Source: Chloroflexota bacterium (lineage in GTDB: Bacteria > Chloroflexota > Limnocylindria > Limnocylindrales > CSP1-4). From it: a stretch of DNA of 52,491 nucleotides. Below the pieces are notes generated by a model that worked only from the letters and a program-made list of their open reading frames with translations, did not search any database and was not told the DNA's origin. The stretch is from the NCBI GenBank assembly GCA_025358525.1, contig JANYJI010000185.1, positions 1-52,491 on the forward strand, written 5' to 3'. The first letter of the stretch is position 1. Every line of letters begins with the position of its first letter. This document shows, piece by piece, positions 26,461 through 35,516 of this stretch. The position numbers and the translations under genes were made by a program.

Positions 26461-26763
26461 CTGGCGATTGACAAGGATACGCAGCGCCAGAGGCTCCAGG
26501 ATCGGGTCGATGATCCGACCAAGCGCTGGAAGTTCGCCCTGGGCGACCTCCAGGAGCGCAAGTTCTGGGACGACTACCGGGCGGCATTCGAGGAGATGTT
26601 GGCCGAAACCAGCACCGCCTACGCGCCCTGGTACCTGATCCCCGCCAATCGCAACTGGCTGCGCAACCTGGCGGTCAGCGAGATCGTGGCGGACGCGATC
26701 GACGAACTGAACCCGCAGTACCCGGAGCCGGCGGCCGGCGTCGAGGGCATCACGATCATTTGA
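26461..26763 (+). pseudogene. 3' remnant of a polyphosphate kinase 2 (PPK2) family gene
   Basis: My frame-1 translation: LAIDKDTQRQRLQDRVDDPTKRWKFALGDLQERKFWDDYRAAFEEMLAETSTAYAPWYLIPANRNWLRNLAVSEIVADAIDELNPQYP...*. This matches only the last ~100 aa of PPK2 proteins. No upstream Walker A region. The first in-frame ATG (26596) leaves 55 codons. Confidence 0.6.
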
Positions 26764-26808
26764 CGCCGGACCTAGGCGGCGACCGTTCGGCGAAAGCCGG
26801 CCGGATGC

Positions 26809-27522
26809 CTATTTCGGGCGCACAACCGCCACCCAGGGTCCGCCGGCCAGCGCCCGGTCGATCGCTTCGTTGCAGAGGGCGTCAGCCTGCTTGTTCTGAG
26901 CCCGCGGCACGTGGTTGGCGGTCCAGCGCGCAAAACGCGATAGCCGCGCTTTCGCCTCGGCATGAAGCGGGATCAGCTTCGCATCCTTCACCCGCCAGCG
27001 GCCGTGGAGTTGCTCAACGATCAACTTGGAGTCGAGGAGCAGTTCCACCGCCTGTCCCCCAAGTTCCTCGGCCAGAGCCAGTGCCCGCAGGACCGCCAGG
27101 TACTCGGCCACGTTGTTCGTCTGGACGCCCAGGAACTCGGAGATGGACGCAATCGGCGGCGCGTCAGGCCGGCGCGATGCGGGCCCAATGGCCTCGATCA
27201 GGACCGCGCCAAGAGACGCCGGGCCTGGGTTGTTACGGGCCGCGCCGTCCGTCCGAACAACGAACGTTCGGCGAGCCGAAGTGGCCCCGGCCGCTTTCTC
27301 CGGGGCAGCGGCCCTGGGCAGCGCCTCAGTGGCGCCCGGAGTCGCTGTTGTGCTCTCTGAGCCCGACCCCAGGGACTCCCAGAGCGAATCCCAGCTGCTG
27401 TCCGCCCCGCGCTTCAGCCTCGTCGCCCCACGATCGCCGAGGAGACCTCGAGGATCGCCCTGGTGATGTTGATGCCACGCGGGCAAGCATCGACGCAGTT
27501 GAAGATGGTCCGGCAGCGCCAC
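26809..27522 (-). CDS. rnhA: RNase HI-family ribonuclease with an N-terminal extension
   Basis: The RNase H fold DEDD residues are visible: VRTDGAARNNPGPA, NNVAEYLAVLRAL, LLLDSKLIVEQL and NKQADALCNEA. The only canonical start in frame is GTG 27522, which overlaps the sdhB 3' end by 109 nt, so the start is uncertain. Confidence 0.78.
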   Translation of the reverse strand: MALPDHLQLRRCLPAWHQHHQGDPRGLLGDRGATRLKRGADSSWDSLWESLGSGSESTTATPGATEALPRAAAPEKAAGATSARRTFVVRTDGAARNNPGPASLGAVLIEAIGPASRRPDAPPIASISEFLGVQTNNVAEYLAVLRALALAEELGGQAVELLLDSKLIVEQLHGRWRVKDAKLIPLHAEAKARLSRFARWTANHVPRAQNKQADALCNEAIDRALAGGPWVAVVRPK

Positions 27523-28112
27523 ACACCGTCCTCATCGGCCAGGATCTCCAGCCGTTCGGCCGCACCTTCGTCTCGAGAGTCGAAGATGAAGCGATGGGCC
27601 TGGACGATGGCCGCCGGCCCGACGTACTCGGGCCTGGCCCAGAACGAGGGGCAGGAGGACGTGCAGGCGGCGCACAGGATGCACTTGGTCGTATCGTCGA
27701 ACTTGGCCCGTTCTTCCTGACTCTGGCGCCGCTCCCGCTCGGGCTCCGGCTGGTCGTTGATGAGGTACGGCTTGACCGAGCGGTACTTGCCGAAGAATCC
27801 GCTCATGTCGACGATCAGGTCCTTCACGACCGGCAGGCCCGGCAGCGGAGCAACCGAGATCTTTTTGCCCAGCTGATCGATGCGAATGCGGCAGGCCAGC
27901 CGGTTACGGTTGTTGATGAGCATCGCGTCCGAGCCGCAGATGCCGTGGCCGCAAGAGCGGCGGAAGCTGAGCGAGCCATCCTGCTCGGCCTTTACCTTGA
28001 TGAGCAGGTCGAGGACGCGATCCATCGGATCGCTCTCGACCTCGTAGCGCTCCCAATGGGGCGCCTCGTCGCGCTCGGGGAGGTAGCGGAGGATACGGAG
28101 TTCGACTTTCAT
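27414..28112 (-). CDS. sdhB: succinate dehydrogenase/fumarate reductase iron-sulfur subunit
   Basis: 232 aa. Three Cys clusters: SCGHGICGSDAMLIN, CILCAACTSSCP and CRTIFNCVDACP. Confidence 0.95.
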   Translation of the reverse strand: MKVELRILRYLPERDEAPHWERYEVESDPMDRVLDLLIKVKAEQDGSLSFRRSCGHGICGSDAMLINNRNRLACRIRIDQLGKKISVAPLPGLPVVKDLIVDMSGFFGKYRSVKPYLINDQPEPERERRQSQEERAKFDDTTKCILCAACTSSCPSFWARPEYVGPAAIVQAHRFIFDSRDEGAAERLEILADEDGVWRCRTIFNCVDACPRGINITRAILEVSSAIVGRRG

Positions 28113-28122
28113 TCCATCGGCC

Positions 28123-29871
28123 TCAGTACGTCCGCGGCTTCGGTTCGAAGCGGGTGATCGAGACCGGTTTGTACTTCAGGGTCGGCCCCTTCGGTCCCTT
28201 GTACGCGAGCGTGTGCTTGAGCCACTTGGCGTCGTTGCGCTCCGGGTAATCCTCGCGTGAGTGAGCGCCCCGACTCTCGGTTCGGGCCAGGGCACCTGCC
28301 ACGGTGACCTCGGCCAGATCGAGCAGGTAGCCCAGTTCGTTGGCCTCGAGCAGCTCCGTGTTGAAAACGTGGCCACGGTCACTTATCGAGATAGCGCCAT
28401 AGCGCTCCTTCAACTCACGGACCCTGATCAAGGCCTCGGTCAGGAGCTTGCCGTCGCGATACACGCCGACGTTGTCCATCATCACGTCGGCCAGCTGGCT
28501 CCGGATCGCGGCCACCTTCTGGCCCTTGTCTTCGCGGGTGCGGATTGCCTCGAGCTGCCCGCGGACCGTTTCGGCGGCATCGGCGATGGGACGCGGCCGT
28601 TCCACCTTGCCGGCGTGGCGGGCCATCTGGCGGCCGGCGCGTCGCCCGAAAACGAGCAGCTCCACGAGCGAGTTGGTCCCGAGGCGGTTGGCTCCGTGGA
28701 CGCTCACGCAGGCGCACTCGCCGGCGGCGAAGAGGCCGGGCACGACCGTGCCCTTGTCGTCGCGGACGACCTCTGAGTTGACATTCGTCGGGATGCCACC
28801 CATTGCGTAATGGGCCGTCGGCTGAACCGGAACTGGTTCCTTGAGCGGCTCCACACCCTGGTAGATGCGGGCGAATTCGGTTATGTCCGGCAGCTTCTCC
28901 TCGATGACCTTGCGGCCGAGGTGGCGCACATCCAGGTACAGGTAATCCTTGCCGCCGATGCCGCGGCCGGCCCGGATCTCCTGGTACATAGCTCGGCTGA
29001 CCATGTCGCGCGGGGCGAGTTCCATGAGCTTGGGCGCGTAGTTAGCCATGAAGCGCTCACCCAGGTCGTTGAGGAGCGTGCCGCCCTCGCCACGGGCCGC
29101 CTCCGAGAGGAGGATGCCGATGCCCACGATGCCCGTCGGGTGGAACTGGAAGAACTCCATGTCCTGGAGCGGGATGCCGTGGCGGTAACAGAGAGCCACG
29201 CCGTCGCCTGTCAGGCTGTGGGCGTTCGAAGTGATGCGGAACATCCGCCCGAAACCGCCCGTCGCCATCAGGACGGCCTTGGCGCTGAAGCTGTGGAGCT
29301 GGCCATCGGCCACGCGGTAAGCCACCACGCCGGCCGCCCGCCCGCCCCTGTCCGGCTCGCCGCCCTCGAACAGCAGGTCGACGACCTGGTACTCGTCGAA
29401 AAACTTAACGCCGTACTTGATGCACTGCTGGTAGAGCGTCTGCAGGATCATGTGGCCGGTGCGGTCGGCCGCGAAACAGGCCCGTCGAACGGGCGCCTCG
29501 CCGAAGTTCCTAGTATGTCCGCCGAACTTCCGCTGGTCGATCTTGCCTTCGGGCGTGCGGTTGAAGGGCAGGCCCATGTGTTCCAGCTCGAGCACCGTCT
29601 CGATGGCCTCGCGAGCCAGCACTTCGGCCGCGTCCTGGTCGACCAGATAGTCGCCACCTTTGACGGTGTCGAACATATGCCACTCCCAGCTGTCCTCCTC
29701 GAGGTTGCCGAGAGCCGCACAGACGCCGCCCTGGGCCGTGCCGGTGTGGGAGCGGGTGGGATACAGCTTGGTCAGGACGGCGGTGTTGACGCCTTCGCGG
29801 GCCAGCTCGAGAGCCGCCCACAGGCCGGCCCCGCCGGCGCCGACGACGATCGCGTCATACGAGTAGTCCAT
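28123..29871 (-). CDS. sdhA: succinate dehydrogenase flavoprotein subunit
   Basis: 582 aa. VVGAGGAGLWAA, RSHTGTAQGG (FAD-attachment His), FHPTG and GANRLGTNSL motifs. Confidence 0.97.
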   Translation of the reverse strand: MDYSYDAIVVGAGGAGLWAALELAREGVNTAVLTKLYPTRSHTGTAQGGVCAALGNLEEDSWEWHMFDTVKGGDYLVDQDAAEVLAREAIETVLELEHMGLPFNRTPEGKIDQRKFGGHTRNFGEAPVRRACFAADRTGHMILQTLYQQCIKYGVKFFDEYQVVDLLFEGGEPDRGGRAAGVVAYRVADGQLHSFSAKAVLMATGGFGRMFRITSNAHSLTGDGVALCYRHGIPLQDMEFFQFHPTGIVGIGILLSEAARGEGGTLLNDLGERFMANYAPKLMELAPRDMVSRAMYQEIRAGRGIGGKDYLYLDVRHLGRKVIEEKLPDITEFARIYQGVEPLKEPVPVQPTAHYAMGGIPTNVNSEVVRDDKGTVVPGLFAAGECACVSVHGANRLGTNSLVELLVFGRRAGRQMARHAGKVERPRPIADAAETVRGQLEAIRTREDKGQKVAAIRSQLADVMMDNVGVYRDGKLLTEALIRVRELKERYGAISISDRGHVFNTELLEANELGYLLDLAEVTVAGALARTESRGAHSREDYPERNDAKWLKHTLAYKGPKGPTLKYKPVSITRFEPKPRTY

Positions 29872-29874
29872 CGT

Positions 29875-30264
29875 CTAGGACCCCGGCAATGTCACGGTGA
29901 AGACGACCATCGTCCCCATCGCGAATACGGCAGCGCCCGCCAGGTAAAGAACAGACAGGACGAGAATGCGCTTGCCCCCCTTGACGTAGTCCATCGTCAC
30001 CGTCCGCATGCCGAGGAAGCCGTGGGACAAGACGAAGACCAGCATCAGCCAGTCCAGGCCGCGGCGAAAGACGTTGTTCCAGGCCTCGGCGAAGATCCAA
30101 TTCGCGGTCTGGTCCTTGGGATCGCTCAGGAAATGCTGCACGCTGAAATGGGTCAGGGCCAACACGAAGAGCGCCACGCCCGACAATCGCATGTAGTACC
30201 AAGTCGCCAACTCAAAACCTCCGCCTTGTGGGCGGGGCCGGCCGGAGCGCGAATAAAGTGCCAT
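29875..30264 (-). CDS. sdhD: succinate dehydrogenase hydrophobic membrane anchor subunit
   Basis: 129 aa with three hydrophobic helices. Position between sdhC and sdhA. Conserved His in LALTHFSVQH. Confidence 0.75.
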   Translation of the reverse strand: MALYSRSGRPRPQGGGFELATWYYMRLSGVALFVLALTHFSVQHFLSDPKDQTANWIFAEAWNNVFRRGLDWLMLVFVLSHGFLGMRTVTMDYVKGGKRILVLSVLYLAGAAVFAMGTMVVFTVTLPGS

Positions 30265-30276
30265 CTCGACGCTCCT

Positions 30277-30639
30277 CTACAGGCCTAGGGCCGGTCGCAT
30301 GATGATGAAAGCGCCGGGCAGGCCGACGGCGAAGAAGATGACCCAGTTCATGTACCACATCTGCTTGTGGTAAACGGTCAGCCGAGGCCAGAAGTCCATC
30401 AGCAGGATCCGGATGCCGTTGAGGGCGTGGTAGAAGAGGGCGGCCCCAATGAGGACCTCCATCATCCGGCCGAGTGTGCTGGCATAGAACTTCAGGAGAT
30501 CGTCGTAGGCTTTCGGGCTCGCACCCGCCAGGAAGATGTCGAAGACGTGCAACAGCACGAAGGCGAAGATGCCTATGCCCGAGATGCGGTGGAACGCCCA
30601 GGCCACCATGCCCTCGGAGCCGCGATAGCGAAACAGCAT
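30277..30639 (-). CDS. sdhC: succinate dehydrogenase cytochrome b subunit
   Basis: 120 aa. AFHRISGIGIFAFVLLHV and HALNGIRILLMD are typical of SdhC. First gene of the sdhCDAB order. Confidence 0.8.
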   Translation of the reverse strand: MLFRYRGSEGMVAWAFHRISGIGIFAFVLLHVFDIFLAGASPKAYDDLLKFYASTLGRMMEVLIGAALFYHALNGIRILLMDFWPRLTVYHKQMWYMNWVIFFAVGLPGAFIIMRPALGL

Positions 30640-30755
30640 GCAGCCTCCCGAACCTTCTTTGACCGGCCTCGACCGATTCCGATTGCGACCCGGCCGCTTC
30701 GCGACCAGGTGTGGCGGATTGCGGCCCGCCGCGTCCGGCCGGCCGTGCTTGCGAC

Positions 30756-31778
30756 CTAGGCCGCGCTCGATCCCGACTCCAGGCGAGCGACGATCGCATC
30801 GGCGAAGTCGCTCGTCCCGGCTGATCCCCCGAGATCGTACGTCACCGTGCGGCCCTCGGCGATGACCCCTCGGACGGCGTCCTCGACGCGCTCGGCCGCG
30901 GATTGCTCTCCGATATGACGGAGCAACAGGGCTCCCGAGAGCATGAGCGCGGTGGGATTGGCCTTGTTGAGGCCCGCGTATTTGGGAGCCGAACCGTGGA
31001 CGGCCTCAAAGACGGCCGAGTCGGGACCGATGTTGGCGCCCGGAGCGACGCCCAGGCCGCCGACGAGTCCGGCAGCCAGATCGCTCACGATGTCGCCGTA
31101 GAGGTTCGGCAGGACCAGGACGTCGTATAGCTCGGGCTTCTGTACGAGCTGCATGCACATGTTATCGACGATGCGGTCCTCAAACGCGATCTGGCCCTCG
31201 TACTGGGACGCGATGGTCCGGCAGCTCTCGAGGAAGAGGCCGTCGGACAACTTCATGATGTTGGCCTTGTGGACGGCCGTGACCTTGTGGCGGCCGTTGG
31301 CGACCGCGTACTCGAAGGCGAAGCGAGCGATCCGCTCAGAAGCGGCCCGGGTGATGATCTTGATGCTCTCGGCGGCGTCCGGGCCGACCATGTGCTCGAT
31401 GCCGGCGTAAAGATCTTCGGTGTTCTCGCGAACGATGACGAGGTCGACATTGTCGTAGCGCGTCTTCAGGCCCGGCATCGATCGGACCGGCCGAAGGTTC
31501 GCATACAGACCGAGCGTCTGGCGCAGAGCCACATTGACAGAACGGAAGCCCACCCCGACCGGGGTCGTGATGGGTCCCTTGATGGCAACTTTGTTGCGAA
31601 TGATTGAATCGAGAACGGACTGTGGAAGGGGTGTCCCCTCCTTCGCCAGCACTGCCTCGCCGGCTTCGACGATCTCCCAATCGAACTTGACACCCGATGC
31701 GTCGAGGACTCGTCTGGTTGCCTCGGCCAATTCGGGGCCGATACCGTCGCCTGGAATGAGAGTCACTGAATGGGCCAT
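30756..31778 (-). CDS. icd: NAD-dependent isocitrate dehydrogenase (isocitrate/isopropylmalate dehydrogenase family)
   Basis: [17 protein letters not shown]..., [32 protein letters not shown] and [20 protein letters not shown] trimmed the track ORF (31901) to ATG 31778. The icd assignment over leuB rests partly on the TCA context. Confidence 0.82.
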   Translation of the reverse strand: MAHSVTLIPGDGIGPELAEATRRVLDASGVKFDWEIVEAGEAVLAKEGTPLPQSVLDSIIRNKVAIKGPITTPVGVGFRSVNVALRQTLGLYANLRPVRSMPGLKTRYDNVDLVIVRENTEDLYAGIEHMVGPDAAESIKIITRAASERIARFAFEYAVANGRHKVTAVHKANIMKLSDGLFLESCRTIASQYEGQIAFEDRIVDNMCMQLVQKPELYDVLVLPNLYGDIVSDLAAGLVGGLGVAPGANIGPDSAVFEAVHGSAPKYAGLNKANPTALMLSGALLLRHIGEQSAAERVEDAVRGVIAEGRTVTYDLGGSAGTSDFADAIVARLESGSSAA

Positions 31779-32013
31779 GAGTGGAATTCTATCTAGAAGC
31801 GGATGGTCGCGGCAGCCGGGCCGAACGGCTTGTCTGGCGCCTCGAATGGGTAGGCCGTCGCCTGCCGCGGGCAAGGCGACCCACTTTGAGTAGCCCCCCA
31901 ATCAGGTCGAGGGCACCGAAGGGCGCTCCTGCTACGATCACGGTGATAGCTGCCGGGGCTGCTGCCGACTCCGAAATGCGCCTCCGGCTCACTACAAGCG
32001 GGAGCTGAAGGGC

Positions 32014-33192
32014 GTGAAGATTCAGGAAGCTGACGCGAAGTCGCTCTTGGTGGCCCAGGGGCTGCCAGTTCCGACTTGGGAATTGGCCCGCACTCCCGCC
32101 GAGATCAAGGCTGCCGCAGGGCGCTTCTTTGAGGCTGGCCTCGCCAGAGTCGTCATCAAGGCACAGGTCCTCGTGGGCGGACGCGGTAAGGCTGGCGGCG
32201 TGAAACTCGCGGCCAGCGCTGACGAGGCCGCCGATGTCGGCTCTCGCATCCTGGGCATGGACATCAAAGGGATCACGGTCCGCAAGGTCATCGTGGCCGG
32301 CGCTCTGGACATTGAGAAGGAGTACTACGTCGGCGCGATCATCGACCGGGCCACCCGCCGGATCGTCCTCATGGCCTCGGCCGAGGGCGGAGTCGAGATC
32401 GAAGAGGTCGCTCGCCAGAACCCCGGCGCCATCCACCGCGTTTCCGCCGATTCGGAGCTAGGGCTTCTGACCTTCCAGGCCCGGGGCTTGGGCCTCGCCG
32501 TCGGGCTGCGCGATACCCTGCTCAGCCAGTTCGTGGCCATCGCCCAGGGGCTCTACGCCACGATGAAGGCCAATGATGCGGACCTCGTCGAGGTCAACCC
32601 ACTCGCCGTCGTCACCGAGACCGCGGCCGACGGCTCCCGCGTGCAGAAGTTGGTCTGCCTGGACGCCAAGATCACCCTCGATGACTCCGGCCTGGCTCGC
32701 CATCCCGGACTCGAGAGCCTCCGTGACAACGACGAGGAGGATCCGACCGACGCCCAGGCTCGCAAGCTCGGCATCAACTTCATCCGCCTCGACGGCTCGA
32801 TCGGCTGCATGGTCAACGGCGCCGGTCTGGCTATGACCACGATGGACCTGGTCAAGCACTACGGCGGCGAGCCCGCGAACTTCCTCGACGTCGGCGGCGG
32901 CGCTCGTCGCGAGACGGTCTGCGGGGCCATGGAGCTGATCCTCGAAGATCCCAACGTCAAGGCCATCCTCGTCAACATTTTCGGCGGGATTACCCGCGGC
33001 GACGAAGTGGCGGCCGGGCTGATCGAAGCCCGGGCTGCGCAGTCCCGCGAGGTGCCGATGGTCGTCCGGATCGTCGGCACCAACGCCGCACAGGCAGCCC
33101 GCCTCCTGCGGGAGGCTCATCTCGAGACGGCGACCTCGCTCGACGAGGCGGCCGAGAAGGCAGTAGCGCTGGCCAGGAGGGCGACCCGATGA
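32014..33192 (+). CDS. sucC: succinyl-CoA synthetase beta subunit
   Basis: 392 aa, GTG start. [29 protein letters not shown] and [14 protein letters not shown]. Confidence 0.95.
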   Translation: MKIQEADAKSLLVAQGLPVPTWELARTPAEIKAAAGRFFEAGLARVVIKAQVLVGGRGKAGGVKLAASADEAADVGSRILGMDIKGITVRKVIVAGALDIEKEYYVGAIIDRATRRIVLMASAEGGVEIEEVARQNPGAIHRVSADSELGLLTFQARGLGLAVGLRDTLLSQFVAIAQGLYATMKANDADLVEVNPLAVVTETAADGSRVQKLVCLDAKITLDDSGLARHPGLESLRDNDEEDPTDAQARKLGINFIRLDGSIGCMVNGAGLAMTTMDLVKHYGGEPANFLDVGGGARRETVCGAMELILEDPNVKAILVNIFGGITRGDEVAAGLIEARAAQSREVPMVVRIVGTNAAQAARLLREAHLETATSLDEAAEKAVALARRATR

Positions 33193-34073
33193 GCATCCTG
33201 GTCGGGAACGACACCAGACTGGTCGTTCAGGGCATTACCGGTCGCGAAGGCGAGTTCCACACACGCGCTGCGATCGCCTACGGAACCAGGGTCGTGGCGG
33301 GAACGCGGCCGGGCAAGGGCGGCCAGATGGCCATCGACGGAACCGTGCCCATCTTCGACACGGTTGTCGAAGCCGTGGCTCAGTCCGGCGCGAACACGTC
33401 GGTCATCTACATTCCGGCCAGCGGCGCCCCCGACGCCATCCTCGAGGCGGTCGACGCGGGCATCAAGACGATCATCTGCATCACCGAGGGCATCCCGGCC
33501 CTGGACATGATCCCGGTCGTCGAGGCCGTCCGGCTCGCCGGGGCGCGCCTGATCGGGCCCAACTGCCCTGGTGCCACCTCGCCCGGACGGGCTAAGGTCG
33601 GAATCATTCCCGCCTCTGTTCACATGCCTGGTCGAGTCGGTGTGGTCTCGCGCTCCGGCACGCTAACCTACGAGGCAGTCCAAGCGATGACCGACGCGGG
33701 CCTGGGCCAGTCGACCTGCGTGGGCATCGGCGGCGATCCGATCATCGGCACCACGTTCCTGGACGTGCTGAAGCTGTTCCGAGACGACCCCGAAACTGAG
33801 GCGATCGTGATGATCGGCGAGATCGGTGGCTCGGCGGAGGAGGAAGCGGCCGCTTTCGCCGCCGAGCATCTCCGGAACGTGCCCATGGCCGCCTTCATAG
33901 CCGGTCGCACGGCGCCACCCGGTCGCCGGATGGGTCATGCGGGCGCGATCATATCCGGCGGATCCGGCACCGCGGCGGAGAAGATCGCGGCGCTCGAGGC
34001 CGCAGGTGTGCGCGTCGCAGACTCCCCCACTCAGCTGCCGAAGCTGCTACTCGAGGCCGGCTTCCGCCCTTAG
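33189..34073 (+). CDS. sucD: succinyl-CoA synthetase alpha subunit
   Basis: 294 aa. [24 protein letters not shown] and [11 protein letters not shown] (catalytic His). 4-nt overlap with sucC. Confidence 0.95.
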   Translation: MSILVGNDTRLVVQGITGREGEFHTRAAIAYGTRVVAGTRPGKGGQMAIDGTVPIFDTVVEAVAQSGANTSVIYIPASGAPDAILEAVDAGIKTIICITEGIPALDMIPVVEAVRLAGARLIGPNCPGATSPGRAKVGIIPASVHMPGRVGVVSRSGTLTYEAVQAMTDAGLGQSTCVGIGGDPIIGTTFLDVLKLFRDDPETEAIVMIGEIGGSAEEEAAAFAAEHLRNVPMAAFIAGRTAPPGRRMGHAGAIISGGSGTAAEKIAALEAAGVRVADSPTQLPKLLLEAGFRP

Positions 34074-34241
34074 GCTGGACGGGCGCCCCCAGGCTGCACT
34101 GGCGCGCGGTCCGAGCCCCGGGGTCCCTCCCAGGCAGGGCGCGCCAAGCGCGGATCCGACGACCACACTCGGGCTATAGGTTCATTATGGTTGACGACAT
34201 ATCGCGTCACGACTGAATCGGGGTGGGTCTTGGGGGTCCTG

Positions 34242-34703
34242 ATGGATTTGATTGCGGGCGATGCCCGCGAGATCCTGCTCGCCATTGGCGTTGACGACTG
34301 GGCCGGCCTGCGCGACCGAAGGCGGTTTGTGGCCTACATCTCCTTTGGCGGCGGAATGGACCCGGTCTGGTTGGACCTCTTCGCTCGGGCGGCGAGAGAG
34401 ACCACCGGCAGGAATTGGCCCGAGCCGTTCAGAGAGGCAACGCGCGCCCTCCAGAGCCACCTGGTTGCACTGTCGGACCGAACGGTCGAACGCATCGATC
34501 CCCACTGGATCGACGACGTTGCCCGACTACCCGAGGGGCGACTCGACCACATCGCCGCCCGCTGGATCGACCTCATCGATTGCGAGGAATGCAAGGTCGA
34601 CCCAGAGGAGAAGCCGATGCTGCGCGAACTGGCAGGCGATCTGCTCTCGTTCTGCCGCCGCGCCCAAGATGCCGAGGACGTGCTCTTCGCCTGGACGATC
34701 TAG
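34242..34703 (+). CDS. hypothetical protein (153 aa from ATG 34242; the track ORF begins at TTG 34191)
   Basis: Protein-like composition (MDLIAGDAREILLAIGVDDWAGLRDRRRF...IDPHWIDDVARLPEGRLDHIAARWIDLIDCEECK...). No family recognised. Confidence 0.5.
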   Translation: MDLIAGDAREILLAIGVDDWAGLRDRRRFVAYISFGGGMDPVWLDLFARAARETTGRNWPEPFREATRALQSHLVALSDRTVERIDPHWIDDVARLPEGRLDHIAARWIDLIDCEECKVDPEEKPMLRELAGDLLSFCRRAQDAEDVLFAWTI

Positions 34704-34725
34704 GCCGAAGGTTAGCTGCCTCGAA

Positions 34726-35190
34726 TCAATACCCCAGCGTGGCCCAGGCTGGGCCCCCGGGTGCTTCGATCAGTTCGATCAGCACACCGTGGCAGCTTTT
34801 GGGGTGGATGAACGCCACGGGCCCTTCGGCGCCCTTGCGAGCGACCGTGTCGATCAGCTGTAGGCCATCGGCCGCCAGCCTGTCCAGGGCGACCTGGATA
34901 TTCGGCACCTCGAAGCAGACGTGATGGAAGCCCTCGCCTTTGGATTCAAGGAAGCGGGCCGCGCCCGTCGTTTCGTCGTTGGGCTGTACAAGCTCGATCT
35001 TCACCTCGCCCACCGGCAGGAAGCCGATCGTCACTCCGTCGGACGGAATCGGCATGACGGCCTCCATGCGGAGACCGAGTTTGTCCCGATAGAGGTCGAG
35101 GGCGGCTTCGAGGTCGCGAACGATAACCGCGACATGGTGGATCTTGCCGACCCCCAGAGATTCGGGCAGTGCGGATCTGAGCTGATCCAT
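34726..35190 (-). CDS. mce: methylmalonyl-CoA epimerase (VOC/glyoxalase fold)
   Basis: 154 aa from ATG 35190 (SD AGGAG). KIHHVAVIVRDLEAAL, GFLPVGEVKIELVQP, GEGFHHVCFEV and HPKSCHGVLIELIE. The track ORF's 100-aa N-terminal extension looks non-coding. Confidence 0.85.
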   Translation of the reverse strand: MDQLRSALPESLGVGKIHHVAVIVRDLEAALDLYRDKLGLRMEAVMPIPSDGVTIGFLPVGEVKIELVQPNDETTGAARFLESKGEGFHHVCFEVPNIQVALDRLAADGLQLIDTVARKGAEGPVAFIHPKSCHGVLIELIEAPGGPAWATLGY

Positions 35191-35516
35191 GGCTCTCCTA
35201 CGACTAACTGGAACGGATGCGAAACCGAACAGGCGTTCGACGATCTGGTAGGCGCGAGTAGGCGCCGACGCTATGTCAATGGTACGAAACCGGCGATGTG
35301 GTCGCGGGCGAGAACGCCAGGCGCACGATTCGGGCCTCGGCGACGCCTGAGGGGTGGTGAGCGGCCTTGGAGTGACGGGCGGCGCCAGATGTACGCAGCT
35401 GCCACACCGTCGGATGAGTAGGCCAGCGGACGTAGGGCTGCGATGCCTGTCGCAGCTGCTGGCAGCTACTCTGTTGGGCTTCGGAAGGGCCCCCACTCTC
35501 CCTCACCGACTTCCGA

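Noticed and set aside
25525-26561. Three ORFs (239, 186 and 306 aa) overlapping 25525-25730
   Set aside because: They lie across the RNase P RNA gene and the GNAT gene in wrong frames or strands. The RNA identity is supported by all the universal rnpB sequence blocks.
26760-30288. 465-aa and 492-aa plus-strand ORFs opposite rnhA/sdhB and sdhA/sdhD
   Set aside because: They are antisense to genes with unmistakable Fe-S and flavoprotein motifs, and no motifs were recognised in the plus-strand products.
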